Shown here piece after piece: positions 49,637 to 61,810 of a stretch of 64,000 bases of DNA. The notes beneath the pieces are model-generated. The model saw only the letters and a list, made by a program, of their open reading frames with translations. It was not told the DNA's origin and made no database searches. Origin of the DNA: Malacoraja senta. Taxonomy: Eukaryota. Each line of letters begins with the position of its first letter. Position 1 is the stretch's first letter. The stretch is taken from the NCBI GenBank assembly GCA_038087875.1, contig CM075977.1, forward strand, positions 85,312,001 to 85,376,000, in the 5' to 3' direction. The position numbers and the translations under genes are program-made.

Positions 49637-49760
49637 CTTCTGTGCCATTTGGGGTCATGGAATTATTATTAATGCAGGAGTTGTCAAGCTTGGGACCATT
49701 GGGAGACTCACTACTTCCACTGATTCGACCTTGTGGACTTGCTAGATCCTGCATTTCCAT
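49637..49760 (-). CDS. eya1: EYA1 first canonical coding exon (full exon 49764-49637; ATG at 49760)
   Basis: Translates [41 protein letters not shown], matching the vertebrate EYA1 N-terminus ([25 protein letters not shown]...SMTPNGTE) better than EYA4. Flanked by ttatag| and |gtgagt. Confidence 0.96.
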
Positions 49761-51944
49761 AGACCTATAAATAAGAAATAGTTCTTGTTTGTCTGTGAAT
49801 CTAAGATGTAGTTAAATTATATATTCCAATTGGGACCAAAGCATTGCCAAAATTTAGTTAATAAATAAAAGTTCCCTTACTTTATTATCTACATAGTGGC
49901 ATGCTTTCATATTAGAAAAGAAATCAGCTAACAATTTGTTCACAGAGATCTTAAAGAATATAGGCATTGTTTAATCCAGAACCAAATCATTTTATACACA
50001 TTACTGAATGCTTTCCAACCTTCCTGGAAATCTGTATCTTTATTTTAGAGCATGATTTTGCGCTTCCTAATTCTCTGGTGCAAAACCCCCCAAATAACAT
50101 CAACGATAAATGTACGTCACACAAGAGATTTCCAAACGTACTCATCTGAAAAATTATCATTTTTATTTACTCACAGAACAATCAGGTTTCAATAGCCACA
50201 TTTTCCCTGTTCTCACGCTACTTAAAAAGCCAGCAATCAAACTGTATTCTTGACCCAATATTGAAATCTATAACCTTCACCCCTGCTGAAATCTGCATGT
50301 GTATTTTCAGGAGCAGGACTTTTAGCTTCTTAGCCTTAGATCCTTCAGTTACTGCTCATCCAAGCCTTGCCCGTTCGCCGGTCATCACTATTAGGGTAGT
50401 CATGGAGACTCCAAATTCAAACGGTGATGACCTTTTAATTTACCTGCAGGACAGGCTGGTAACAGCCGCTCATGGGTTCCCTCAAATAACCTTGTTTTCA
50501 ACATTGAACTTAATTTCAGGTAACCCACACCTGTGTTCTATTCCCACACACGCCAGGCCACCATTCCACAGCTCACGTTCTCTGTCCCTCCCTTCTTGTT
50601 ACCTGGACTCTTCATCCTCCCTTATCTGCTTCCATCTGCACAACAACTCTGCCTTACCTGATTCCACTTATCACCCGAAGATAGACAAAAACATATCTTG
50701 ATATCTTGAAAGACGGAATTCCTTCTCTCCAGAGATGCTGCATGTCCCATTCAGTTACTCCAGCTTTATGTGTCTATCTTCGGTTTAAAACAACATCTGC
50801 AGTTCCTTCCTCCACTTATCACCCACCAGCATCTGTTAGTTCCATCCTCTCCCCACCTCAGTTCCATCTGGCTAATTTTTCTTTTAATTTTTTTTTTTTT
50901 TTTAATCTGCTTTCCACCTTCTCTCCCTCCCTACCTGGTTTCACTTGCCCCCCCCCCCCCCAATCCGATTCAACTCAACGCCCTGCCCTTCTCATCGCTC
51001 CCTCTCACTACTATGTACTGGCTTCCCTCTTCACTTAATCCTGCTCTTACTTCTGGAATGTGGAGGAGAAACCCGATAGAAGTATATCAAATTATGAGAG
51101 ACATAGATTGGATAGATATATTAATTTTAGTAATAGTGCAGAGAGACAAATCTTCACAAATTATAAATGCCCCGTTCATGAATCAAGATTTCAGGATCAT
51201 CACCCAGAAACAGAAAATATTTTAAACTGTTCACAATTGCGATTTTACAAACCCAGTGGTCTATTTGAAAGGGGAGGGGAATAGTGGGCTATCAAATGTC
51301 ATTCCCTCCATCAAAATATGAAATAAAACATTGTTGCAATATAGTTGGTTGAGGTTTGATGTTTTTTTTTGCATTTTAAATACTACACTTCAAAAGTAGT
51401 TCATCAGCTACAAAATGTTTTGGAATTCTTAGAGATCAAGGGTTACACAAAAACAATTCTGTGAATTTGCAAGTCCTTTGCAGAAACTAAAGACGCAATA
51501 ACAAAAAGGCACTAATATTAACTAATTAAAATGTTATTTCATCATCTAAAATATCTTAGAAACATTTATAATTTGCACAAGATAAGAAGACCTCTAAAAT
51601 CACGGGATTGCATCTCACACCAGTTCCAATTTAAAGAGAACAATGTAACAAAATAGACTTGATTATTAATATTCTGAGCTCTACCCAGAAATATTTATTC
51701 AGACAAACTGCATAATTATCAATTTTAAAAAATCAGCATCTACTGTTTGTTCACAAAACTCTTTTTTAAATATTCTACATAACACTGATAAATGTGAAAT
51801 ACTGATACTCTTTTATATTAGCTGACAGAATATATTCTTGAAAGCATTCTTTACCCGTGCACATTTTTGGAAAAAAAACACAAGAGCAAGTAAAGACAAT
51901 GCTTAAACATAGCACACATAGTAAAATTTCAGCAAAGCTCTTAC

Positions 51945-51999
51945 CTGGAACCTGGAGGATCTGAAACATCGGAATTGGGTTGAGCCTTTTTTTTTTCAC
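51945..51999 (-). CDS. eya1: EYA1 exon 2 (55 nt): 5' UTR or alternatively coding; internal ATG at 51969 gives MFQILQVP
   Basis: tggcag|GTG(A)10GGCTCAACCCAATTCCGATGTTTCAGATCCTCCAGGTTCCAG|gtaag; resembles the human exon encoding the alternative start MLLFPQVA (recalled). Confidence 0.8.
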
Positions 52000-53454
52000 C
52001 TGCCAGTAAAGAACAAAATAACTCCTTGTTACTCAAGTGTCACGGCTCAGCATGTTTCCGAACAATAGGCTTCAACTTGAAAAGAGCATTCTTTCCCTTT
52101 ATCAGAAAGGAAGAAAGAGAGACAGGGTAACAGAGAGTCATATTGTCTTTCCGTTGATCTTTGCTGTTGTTTCCTCCTACAGTTTTTTTTTTCCTTCTTG
52201 TATCAGGAAAGCAGCCAAGTGATGGGTAGGCGATTCACCACAGGGCAAGACAACTGTTAATTAGATTAATCACCTTGCACCCCACCCCCTCCATACCCTA
52301 TTCACCCCACAAATCAACATGCAATATGCTTAGCCAGTGTAGGCAAGAAAAACTGACAGTGGTTGGAAACTAGACTTGTTGAACATATGCAACTGAAGCA
52401 TTACACCTCCAGCATCTTTAGATCTTTCATCTTCCAGTCATAAAATGAAATATAGCCTTGTCTCTCTCTCTCCTGTCATCTATCATGCTGGCTATTTTAC
52501 CCAACTCAGCCGATACACATTTGCTATAATTCAGAACACAGCCACTAAACCTTACAGTTTTGCTAAATGAAAATAAACCAAACAGATGTAATAGCTCTTT
52601 TGTAACCCATCACCATGGAATATTAGATATCAGAAGATACTTGCAGTTGATTTTGTTAACATTCTGTATTTCTAAAGTAATTTGGGTAATGATTATAGAT
52701 TTTTATAATGCCACAGAACTTATGAATATTTAATTTAAAAAAATTTAAACACCAATATACAAACCATGATATATTTGTCCTATAATGATTTAGTACAGTA
52801 TTCCTTACACTTTAGTAAACAGCTCTATGGAAATCACCAACGAATTGTTTACCTTCTATTCTTCATACCAGAATCTAAATTCCATGTTAAAATATGAGTG
52901 TGGAAAATAGTTCAGATGAAACTGTTTTGCTAGGATTTTGTTTTAAACCAATCAAAAGAAACTTGGAATTGTTTGGCAGAAACATCCATCTGTTAACAAG
53001 TCGTAGTCAGGTATATAACAGAAACAACGACAGGGTAAGGATTCTAAGTTCCTTCACGGAAATATTTGAAGTAAAGCCTCGAGGATTTTTCATTTCCACA
53101 TATTTCAGAATCATAGCATCGTGGATATAACAAGATAATTCTGTGCAATATATTCAAACAATAGAGTAATCTTATTACTTGTATCCATTTAAATCTTAAC
53201 ATTTTTGTTTTTATATATCCTATTCAATTCAATTCTTATTTTTATGTAGTAAAATGCAGATTAAGTTATTGTAAGTAAGCGCTACATTGTTCCTTTAATG
53301 GAATCACAACTGGCTCAGCTTTCATAATTTAACTTTAAAATGCCATTCATTGAAGACCGAGTAAGTGGAAGGTGGAACATTGATGATTGAGAACTCAGTA
53401 GATGGATTCAGAATTGATAGGAAGGGATAGGTTAAAATGTTGACATTTTTAATT

Positions 53455-53740
53455 TAGTTTCGAGATACAGCATGGAAACTGTCCCTTCGGCCCAAAGAGT
53501 TCACACTGACCAACAATCAGCTATACCCTAGTTCAATCCTATGCTCTAGGGACAATTTACAAAAGCCAATTAACGTAGATCCCACACGTCTTTGGAATGT
53601 GGGAGGAAATCGGAGCACTCAGAAAACCCACATGGTCACAGGGAGTATAAACTCCGTACAGGCAGCACCCATAGTCAAGATCAAACTCGGGACTCTGGTG
53701 CTATAAGGGAGCAACTCTACCGCTGCACCACTGTGCCACC
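53455..53740 (-). mobile_element. HE1-like V-SINE
   Basis: Reverse complement begins gggtggcacagtggtgcagcggtagagttgct; V-domain-like tttcctcccacattccaaagacgtgtg. Confidence 0.85.
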
Positions 53741-54464
53741 CTGATGAGCATATTTTAAAACAGTGGAACAACAAGTCATTAGAAACTAACACAGCAATAT
53801 ACCATGGGAGCATACAAACTTTCACAAATCTGTAATTGGTTTCTCACCCAACTGCTTATTGTGTTGAGGTCTAAAGGGCAGACAGTGAATTACAAATGCA
53901 AAAAATTTACATATTTTTGAAATAATTGAATAATGGTAAAAGTTAATAATTATATTTCACTGAAGCAATTTAAATAAAATTTAGGAGGTATTTAGTTGCC
54001 AATATACATTTCATCAAATCCCACTAAACTTGACAGAGTTAAGTTAGAATAAAGTTTTGAAGTGTTCACCAATTGATCTAAGGAGATTATTCCGTATTAA
54101 TAACCGTGCCATGGATACAGGTCTGAATAATTTTCAATCTACAAATTAACGGCAGATAACAACTTTGTAATTTTGAAGATTCCAACAACAATAAATAAAA
54201 GGAATCCGGAAGAGATGGGGATGTGCATTTATCATAATTCTAATCAACAATAAATTATACCCTAAATTGCAACCTATTGACAAAAGATTTGTCATCTAAT
54301 ATAAATCAATTATGAGTGATATTTAGTGATAAGGAGCACAGAATTGTTGAGGAAAGACTGTACAATTTGGAAATAGTTGCAAAATTATTCTTTTTAAAAA
54401 AATGAATCCTGGAAATACAGCCCTCTCCCCAACCAGACGAACATAATACCTGGCGTTTACAAAC

Positions 54465-54990
54465 ATGCAAATGAGGAGTAAGAGTAGGTCATTCAGCCTC
54501 TCTAGTCAGCTCTGCCATTTGCTATAAACATGACTGATCTGACCAATACATCATCTGACATGTGTAGGAAGGAACTGCAGATGCTGTTTTAAACCGAAGA
54601 TAGACATAAAAAGCTGTTTTTGTGTGACTAATACCTCAACTCTGTATTTCAACTAGAGCAATCATTCTCCCTTGCTTTATCAAGAATTTATCTACGCATT
54701 TTTAAAATATTTCTTCTACCACCACCATTTGAGGAAGAGAGCTCTGAAAACTTGCAATGGTCAGAAAAACAATTCACCTCACCTATATCTTAAATGGACA
54801 ACCCTTAATTTTAACCATTGAACCCTAGTCGTAGATTTTCCCACAAAAAGAAACATCCTCTCCACATTTGCCCTGTCAAGATCATTTAGGATGTTATACA
54901 TTTCAATCAGGTCCCTTCTAACTCTTCCAAACTGCCAGTAATAATACAAGCCTAACCTGTCTAACCTTTCATTCTGAAACAACCTTCCCC
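54465..54990 (-). mobile_element. CR1-like LINE 3' fragment with a short Penelope-derived insert (~54560-54625)
   Basis: ERLDRLGLY...RVRRDLIEMYNILNDLDRANVERMF in ORF 54779..54982. Confidence 0.78.
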
Positions 54991-55163
54991 TTCGAGTTTA
55001 TATTGATTAAGAGATAATTTAGCCGGGAGCATCATACGAAAAGAGTTTTGCAGTAACTCAAAAAAAGATTAGCTAATTTGCTTTAGCTACCAATAGTTCA
55101 TGATTTTAACGTAAAACTTAAAAAAGAAACTATGTTTTTACAATCTCAGAAATAAGTATAGAA

Positions 55164-55400
55164 GGGCAGCACGGTGGTGCAGCGGTAGAGTTGCTGCCTT
55201 ACACGGCCGGAGACCCGGGTTCAATCCCGACTACAGGAGCTCTCTGTACGGCGTTTGTATGTTCTCCCAGTGACCTGCATGGGTTTTCTCCGAGATCTTC
55301 GGTTCCCTCCCACACTCGAAAAACATGGTCGGTGTGGACTCGGTAAGCCGAAGGGCCTGTTTTCACACTGTATCTCTAAACTAAACTTTAAACTAAACTA
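55164..55400 (+). mobile_element. HE1-like V-SINE with internal deletion
   Basis: gggcagcacggtggtgcagcggtagag...gggttcaatccc...(taaac)n; lacks the segment after ctcccacactc. Confidence 0.85.
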
Positions 55401-57146
55401 TAGTAATTGTTTACAATATATGTTCTAACTGTAACCCAATACATTTTTATAATGGTTGATATGAAAGTCAAATATCAGATAAATCTGTTTTTATTTTTTG
55501 CACTTAACTAAGGATCTTAAGGCGACTCAAGTATTTTGCCATGGACAATAACAATAAAAGGCTGTTAGCTACAACTTGTGACATCAGTGCTTCTGCAATC
55601 GTACACATTGACAACAGGTACTGTAGTCCAGGTGAGTGAATATTTCTGACTGTAAAGTACAAAGATCAATCCCCCTGTTAAAAGTATGACTTAAAATCCC
55701 CCAGCATTCAGCATCTTTGAAGTGCATTTCAATTCAACCCAAAGCAAGCATGCCTTTGATGTCCCTAGAACAAAGCCAGTAGAGATGAAGCATTAGAGTT
55801 CATTGAATTCAACAAAGCAACTCTTAAACATCCCTCTCTTGACTAATTTTTTAGTTCTCAATTATACTCATTAGTTCAATTTCTGAATATGTCAACTTAT
55901 CAAAAGAAATGCATTTCTTTATTGCAATAAAATCAGTATATAGTAGGGTGTCTTTGAACTGGAAATGTATAAAAGAATTCCAGATGGTTTAACTTACCAA
56001 AGACTAACAACCAACATAAAGTTGATTTAGTAATTTTGATTGTTCATCATCAAAAGACATTAATCTCTTATTTATTCTGAATAGGGAATTATTTACCGTG
56101 TCGGTTTATTTATGAGTATACCTGGATAATCTGACATGGCAATAATTTTATTCAAATGTTTCTTTGGAGCTTTGAATATTTAAAAATTAAATGTATGGTT
56201 CAGTATTTGCTAGGATAATAATAACAGCAGCTTGCCTAGCAAAGGACAATAATTCTAGAATGTGTAACATTAGCATGTGTAAACATTTCAAATATACCTG
56301 TACACCACAGTATTATAATAAAATGTAAACTAAGTTGGACTTCTTTTAACAGTAGATTGGCATTGATTTTGGCCAACATGGTTATATTGTCATATTGATC
56401 AGGAGAGCAACACAATTATTTTTACGGCAACAGCATCAAATAAATGACTAAAAAAAACTAAAATATATATATATTGTAATATGCCTTTTCTCCCAATTTT
56501 GTCATATTGTAACAAGGCTTGTTCTCTTCTAATCATATGCATTTGTATGTGACTTCTGTTCACTCTCTGAATAGGAGACCTTTATTATCTAGGTAAGTTG
56601 ACCATTTACCTTTAACTTTCCATTGGCAAATTTGTCTTTCCTTCAAATACATTTTATAACTGAATAATTGTAATGACTTCACAACAATCATTTCATTCAA
56701 ATAGTGGTTAATGGAAAAGAAGCAAGCATGTAATAATATTTATAAATTGATCTTCCATCTGGTTTGCTTATTAAATATATACATCTCCAGGTTATCGATG
56801 CATGATCATTGATACGTATCTCCCACATTGACTGTACTTGCCTCAATTTAACAAAAATAACGTTAAAGTTTTAATCCTACTTTGAAAACATCAAAACCAC
56901 ATCAGCCTGCTCAGTACGTAACATTAGTCTGGGTAAAGAAAAGCACCTCCACAAATAATCCAACTTTACACAACAGGTTAGCAAAAATGTATGATGAATC
57001 TGTCACAGTGGTTAAAAGGTGATTTGATATATTTTATAATTTAATCACAACATTATAACCTTTCAAATGCTAATATGTAATATGTCAAATGTTAATAAAG
57101 TTCTTATATTCTTAAATATTTCAGTACTGAAAATTTAGTAGTCAAG

Positions 57147-57218
57147 TATTTGTGACATGCAGTTGGTTAATATACCAAAAAGAGTTTTGGTATATTAACC
57201 AACTGCATGTCACAAATA
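57147..57218. repeat. Perfect inverted repeat, 34-bp arms with 4-nt loop
   Basis: TATTTGTGACATGCAGTTGGTTAATATACCAAAA-AGAG-TTTTGGTATATTAACCAACTGCATGTCACAAATA. Confidence 0.97.
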
Positions 57219-59775
57219 TCTCATGGTTAATATTCTAACATACTAAAATACTTCATGCTCATTTTAGAAAGATTTCTCATTTTGTAAAAATAATAAAAAT
57301 TAATTTAAAAACAAATTACGCATGTTCTATAATCCTAGACATGACATTTTACTGTAGAACTTAACACATTAAGTGAAATCAATAAAGGATTTCATATTCC
57401 CCCCTCCAAGAAACTCAAAAGCCAATTGCAGACAAGGGCCAGATTAAACAGCATTTGTAAAATAAATGTAATTAGCACATTTACAATTACTTTAATTAAT
57501 GTACGACGTTCCTTCAATTTGCAGTAAGCTGTAGACCCACACCCACAATTTGTTTCTTGTTGAATCTACCATTCTGTTTTAGCCATCTTGCTGAACTGCT
57601 ATATTAAATTTGTTAATGCTGTGCTCTTCAACCCCAGAAATTATTTCCAGAAGGGAAACTCTTGGAGAGATGATCAAACAAGATTTAAGGTAGACATTCT
57701 ATCACATTTTCCCTACCGCAGAGTCAAGCAAAAATGCATTCTTCAACAGCTCACATTTACACTCCCCAGAAAAAATATACAAATAATTTCATTCTACCAG
57801 TAGAATACAAATTATAAACACAGGAAATCTAGAAGTACCGGTTTTAAGTAAAGTGAAACATAAATAGCTTCCAAATTTTGGTCACCTATTTAATTTAAAT
57901 TTTCCAAATAATTAACTATACCCTTTAAAATGTCCATATTATTGCTTCAAATGTGTTTCATTTTTGCTATTTCTTTTACAGCGCAATTATACAACTTATC
58001 ATGATCAAAATTCGCCTTCAATCTTTTCATTTACAAAATAAATTATTGAAAGATATTGTTCAAAAATAATAATAATTAAGATCAAGGAATTAAAGCTAAA
58101 CATAAACATCCCCTTTTATAAATCACTTTAAGTGGATTCTAAGGAATCTGCACAGAAGGAGTAAATTACTTTTAACCCCTGGCTGCAGTCAGGGCACCAC
58201 AGGGTGCTAGCATCTCCACACATCCAGCTGCCAGTAATTCTTTTTGCTACAATTCCAAAGCATTTATTTCTGCTACTTAAGGATCTTGTATCTGTTTGTA
58301 AAAGTAATTTTACAGAAACTGATTTATACAAACACTCACATTAATCAACTCAAAAGAAGTGAAATCGAGAGACAACAGATATTTTCCGTCTCTTAATGAA
58401 ATCATGATTTCTAGCACTGCCACTAAAGCCGAGAAGCATCGAGCAAATGCTCCCAGACAGAACAGAAAGAGACTGGAGAAATAACTCAAACAAATTAACA
58501 TACAATAGTCATAATTATCGGAATTTAGGCATCATTTAAAAAAATGAAAATGCAACATTTCTAATATAACAATAGGACAAATAGTTTCCATTTGAAATCC
58601 TTCAGGGATATATCTAAAGGAAATATCTATTTCCTTAACCGGCACCACCTTTAGATAAAGATTTCATTTATAATACGAGCCCAAAAAAAATATTTCCTCA
58701 CATAGCTGCACAAATATCATATCTACCTGAATTAGCTACTCTTGCAATTCCATTTCCACTTCAACCCGACAAATTTTGTCTGCTTAAAAATGAATTCTCC
58801 CTCAAATGCTACGGCTATATACAAAATGAACAGCTTGTGAAGGACTACAAAGTTACAGTTCAATATACTCAGGCTAACAGTCTAAAATCAAATGACATTT
58901 TAGCCAGGGTAATAAAAATGTGACAGTGGTAAAGAATACTAATAATGATTTCTGACTAAAGTAAAGAAACTCTAATGAAAATGTAATACCTGAAACATTC
59001 ATTTTGATGGTAAAATATTTTCCACACGGCAGACCATTTAACAAAATCTACACCGCACAAAAACAAACCTAGCACCGTTGTTAAGTTTTATACGTAATAA
59101 TTTTAAAGTATCTTCAGCATTATAAATAAATAAATAAACAATTGATGTTTGACTTGGTACACTCAGTTCACTCTGCTGACCTGTAGTGCAGAGTTGAACA
59201 CTTTGCTGTTTTGCTCATTGCAAGCAAATTTTAATCTTTTTAGAGAGAAAGCATTTCCTAGTTTAACAAATGGCACCAAATGTCCATACACTCAATTTGA
59301 CCTAGTTAATTTAACTCGAAAATACTAATCATGGATGAAAACAGCAAACATTCACTCTAAAGAAACCCACTTCATACGAATTTGCCCAAAATGCTGTGTT
59401 CACCTGCTACAAGGCAGTATTTAAATGGAGAAATTCTGGGTAGAAATGGGTGAAATTTAATTTTATTCAGGAATGGAAATAACAGACTGTAATGAAAAAT
59501 CATTCTTTCTGTAACATGAATTTAATATTCTTCCATTTTAAGGATATATTCTGTGTGGCACTCACTCTGTCCAGTAACTAAAGTTTAAATCATAGGTTTA
59601 TCATCGATAACTACAGGTTTGAAACATTCACCATCTCTTTAGCTTTTGTTTACTAAGTTTCCAAGTGAAGCGAATGTAGGAAAAGTGTTTATGATGCCTC
59701 AGCCTTGGAGAATTGAGTAATTTAGCAATCCAAATGCTCTTCCGTGAGATTTAATAGATGCAAACTTGTACTTAC

Positions 59776-60200
59776 AGCACTTAATATTCTCCCTGAATTC
59801 TGCCGTATTCCATTCAAGTTTTGGAATTCAATCAACCGTCATCTCCGAGTATAATCCTTTTCCTGTTCAACACAAAAGTCTGCATTCAGTACACCAATTG
59901 TCCGAATTATAGGCAAATAACATAATAGTAGTTGTGGATCTTGAAGCAGAGCTGAGCGAGTGCAGTCCAGTCACCACTGCAACCTGAGTGGCGAACGTCT
60001 CGAAGTAGCTGCTTCACAAAAAAAAGCCACTGTGCACTTTGACAGGAAGACTTAGAATCGGAAATGACACTTCGGAGTATGCAGCTACCAGCAAAGTGAA
60101 GTACCAAATTCTCATATGTGTCGCTAAGTCACTGCTCTAAGCAATGTACCTTTTCCCCCCATTAAACAGCAGCAGATAATATCAGTGATCCATAGACAAA
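59776..60200 (-). other. eya1: Putative non-coding first exon (5' UTR) of eya1; 5' end uncertain
   Basis: Donor AAGTGCT|gtaagt at 59776/59775. Blocks such as TATCTGCTGCTGTTT and TTCCGATTCTAAGTCTTCCTGT resemble the human EYA1 5' UTR as recalled. Locally CpG-enriched with no recognisable repeats. Confidence 0.65.
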
Positions 60201-61810
60201 GAAACGACAGAACCTTCATCCGTCCTATTTGTTTGTTCAATCTTGTGGTTCTGCCCAAGCTGCCTCGGGGCTTTCTGAGTTTTTTTGTAATGCAAACCAC
60301 AGCTTTTCTCCTGCATCCAGCCCCACCGGCTAAAACGCAACAATGAGAATCTACACTGTGTTGTCCCAGTCCCCTTTAGTAGCTTAAATAAATTCATTAT
60401 GTAAATGAGCAAGTCCGCAGTCTCTGATCAGGCAACTGTGTGTCTGACCTAATTCAACAGGCAAGGAGCATACGTTTCGCTGGCATCCACTTTAATATTA
60501 TCTAAAAGCTGCCGGCAGTTCACACACCTAAAGCTCGCCTGAGTAGAACACAAAATGAAAACAATCTGACCGCCTCCCAGGTCTGCATGTAAATAGTTTT
60601 ATTTTTAAATTACGTACTAAAAAGAACTGAATACATTTAACAATGAATTTTTGTTCCACGTGTGCTCTTAGGGCCGATGTTTCCGCTCTAAACCTTTTGG
60701 GTTCGACTGCATTATTGCGAATATTTTTAGTTCTTCATTAAATAATTAAGGATTAAATTTTAGTTAAAGGTGGCTGGTGTAACATTTACTTTCTGTCATT
60801 TACTGAATTATGTCACTGAAATAAAATAAATATCATGGTACCATACAAGATTATTTTTCCTATATACTTAACATTAAAATGCAACTGTTAAATTAAAGAA
60901 ATGGAATCAAAAGTATATCAAAATACAAATACAATCTTGTAGTTGCTTGAACACTGTTACATAAAATAATGCATTTCAAACGTATTTAAAACTAAGTATG
61001 TTGGGAATTTCATTGTTGTACTAGACTTTAATGCTATTATTTTTATCCCTAATATATTTCACACCTCACATGTATTGGGAAGTACTTTTGGACGATCGTT
61101 TGCTTTTTTAATTTTGGTAAAATGATTTTGTATTCTCCTTCCAAATTAATGCCAATGCATTAAGTACGCGCCCATTGTGTAGGATACTGAGTAAATTATG
61201 CGCAAAACCGTGGATTGTTCTTCTCGATAAACTTACTTCGTTGGGATTGCACAGAGTGCGTGTCGTCGGCACAGATACAATGGAGCTCTCTGGAGAGACT
61301 GAAAAAGTTGTTACGAATAATTTTGAAACTTAACAGACTTTTCCATTGGCTTTGCACGTCTCTGTGTAGGGCATATGAAATTAAATTTAGTACTCAAGTA
61401 ACTAAAAAAAAAACGAACAGAAAATCACTTTGCACTGAGATCTGTCACTCTGCCACTTCTTACCTTTCAGAAAACCCAATACCGCTAAGAGATCTGAAGC
61501 GGAAATATTGTCACACAATAGACCCAGTTCCTTTTAATGTGCCCGTGACACCCGCCTCTTTGCGCTCGTTGAGCAAACACAGGGAAAATCCTAGAATTTA
61601 AGCATGTTTTGTCAAAACTGCTTCAAGTTGCATACACCTAAGATTTTGTATTGCTTGTGTGCAGCCGAGGAACGCTGCCATATATGGCCAAACAGGTCAG
61701 AACAAAAAAACCTGTAGGGCTTGTCTATCGAAATGACAATTAAAGGAAGCTCCGGTCTTCACCGGCACAGTCTCTACGAGCACAGCGATTCAATTTTGCA
61801 TTACGATAAC
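60200..61810 (-). promoter_or_regulatory. Putative eya1 promoter / CpG-enriched upstream region
   Basis: Non-repetitive sequence directly upstream of putative exon 1, with two CpG-retaining patches (~60200-60720, ~61160-61810) in a CpG-depleted background. Confidence 0.45.

Noticed and set aside
4936-49760. Assignment to eya4, eya2 or eya3
   Set aside because: [26 protein letters not shown] and [13 protein letters not shown]...[11 protein letters not shown] collectively fit EYA1 best.
50182-50190. TCAGGTTTC (MEF3/SIX-binding consensus) near the ATG exon
   Set aside because: A single 9-mer is not unexpected by chance in 64 kb; no cluster or conservation evidence.
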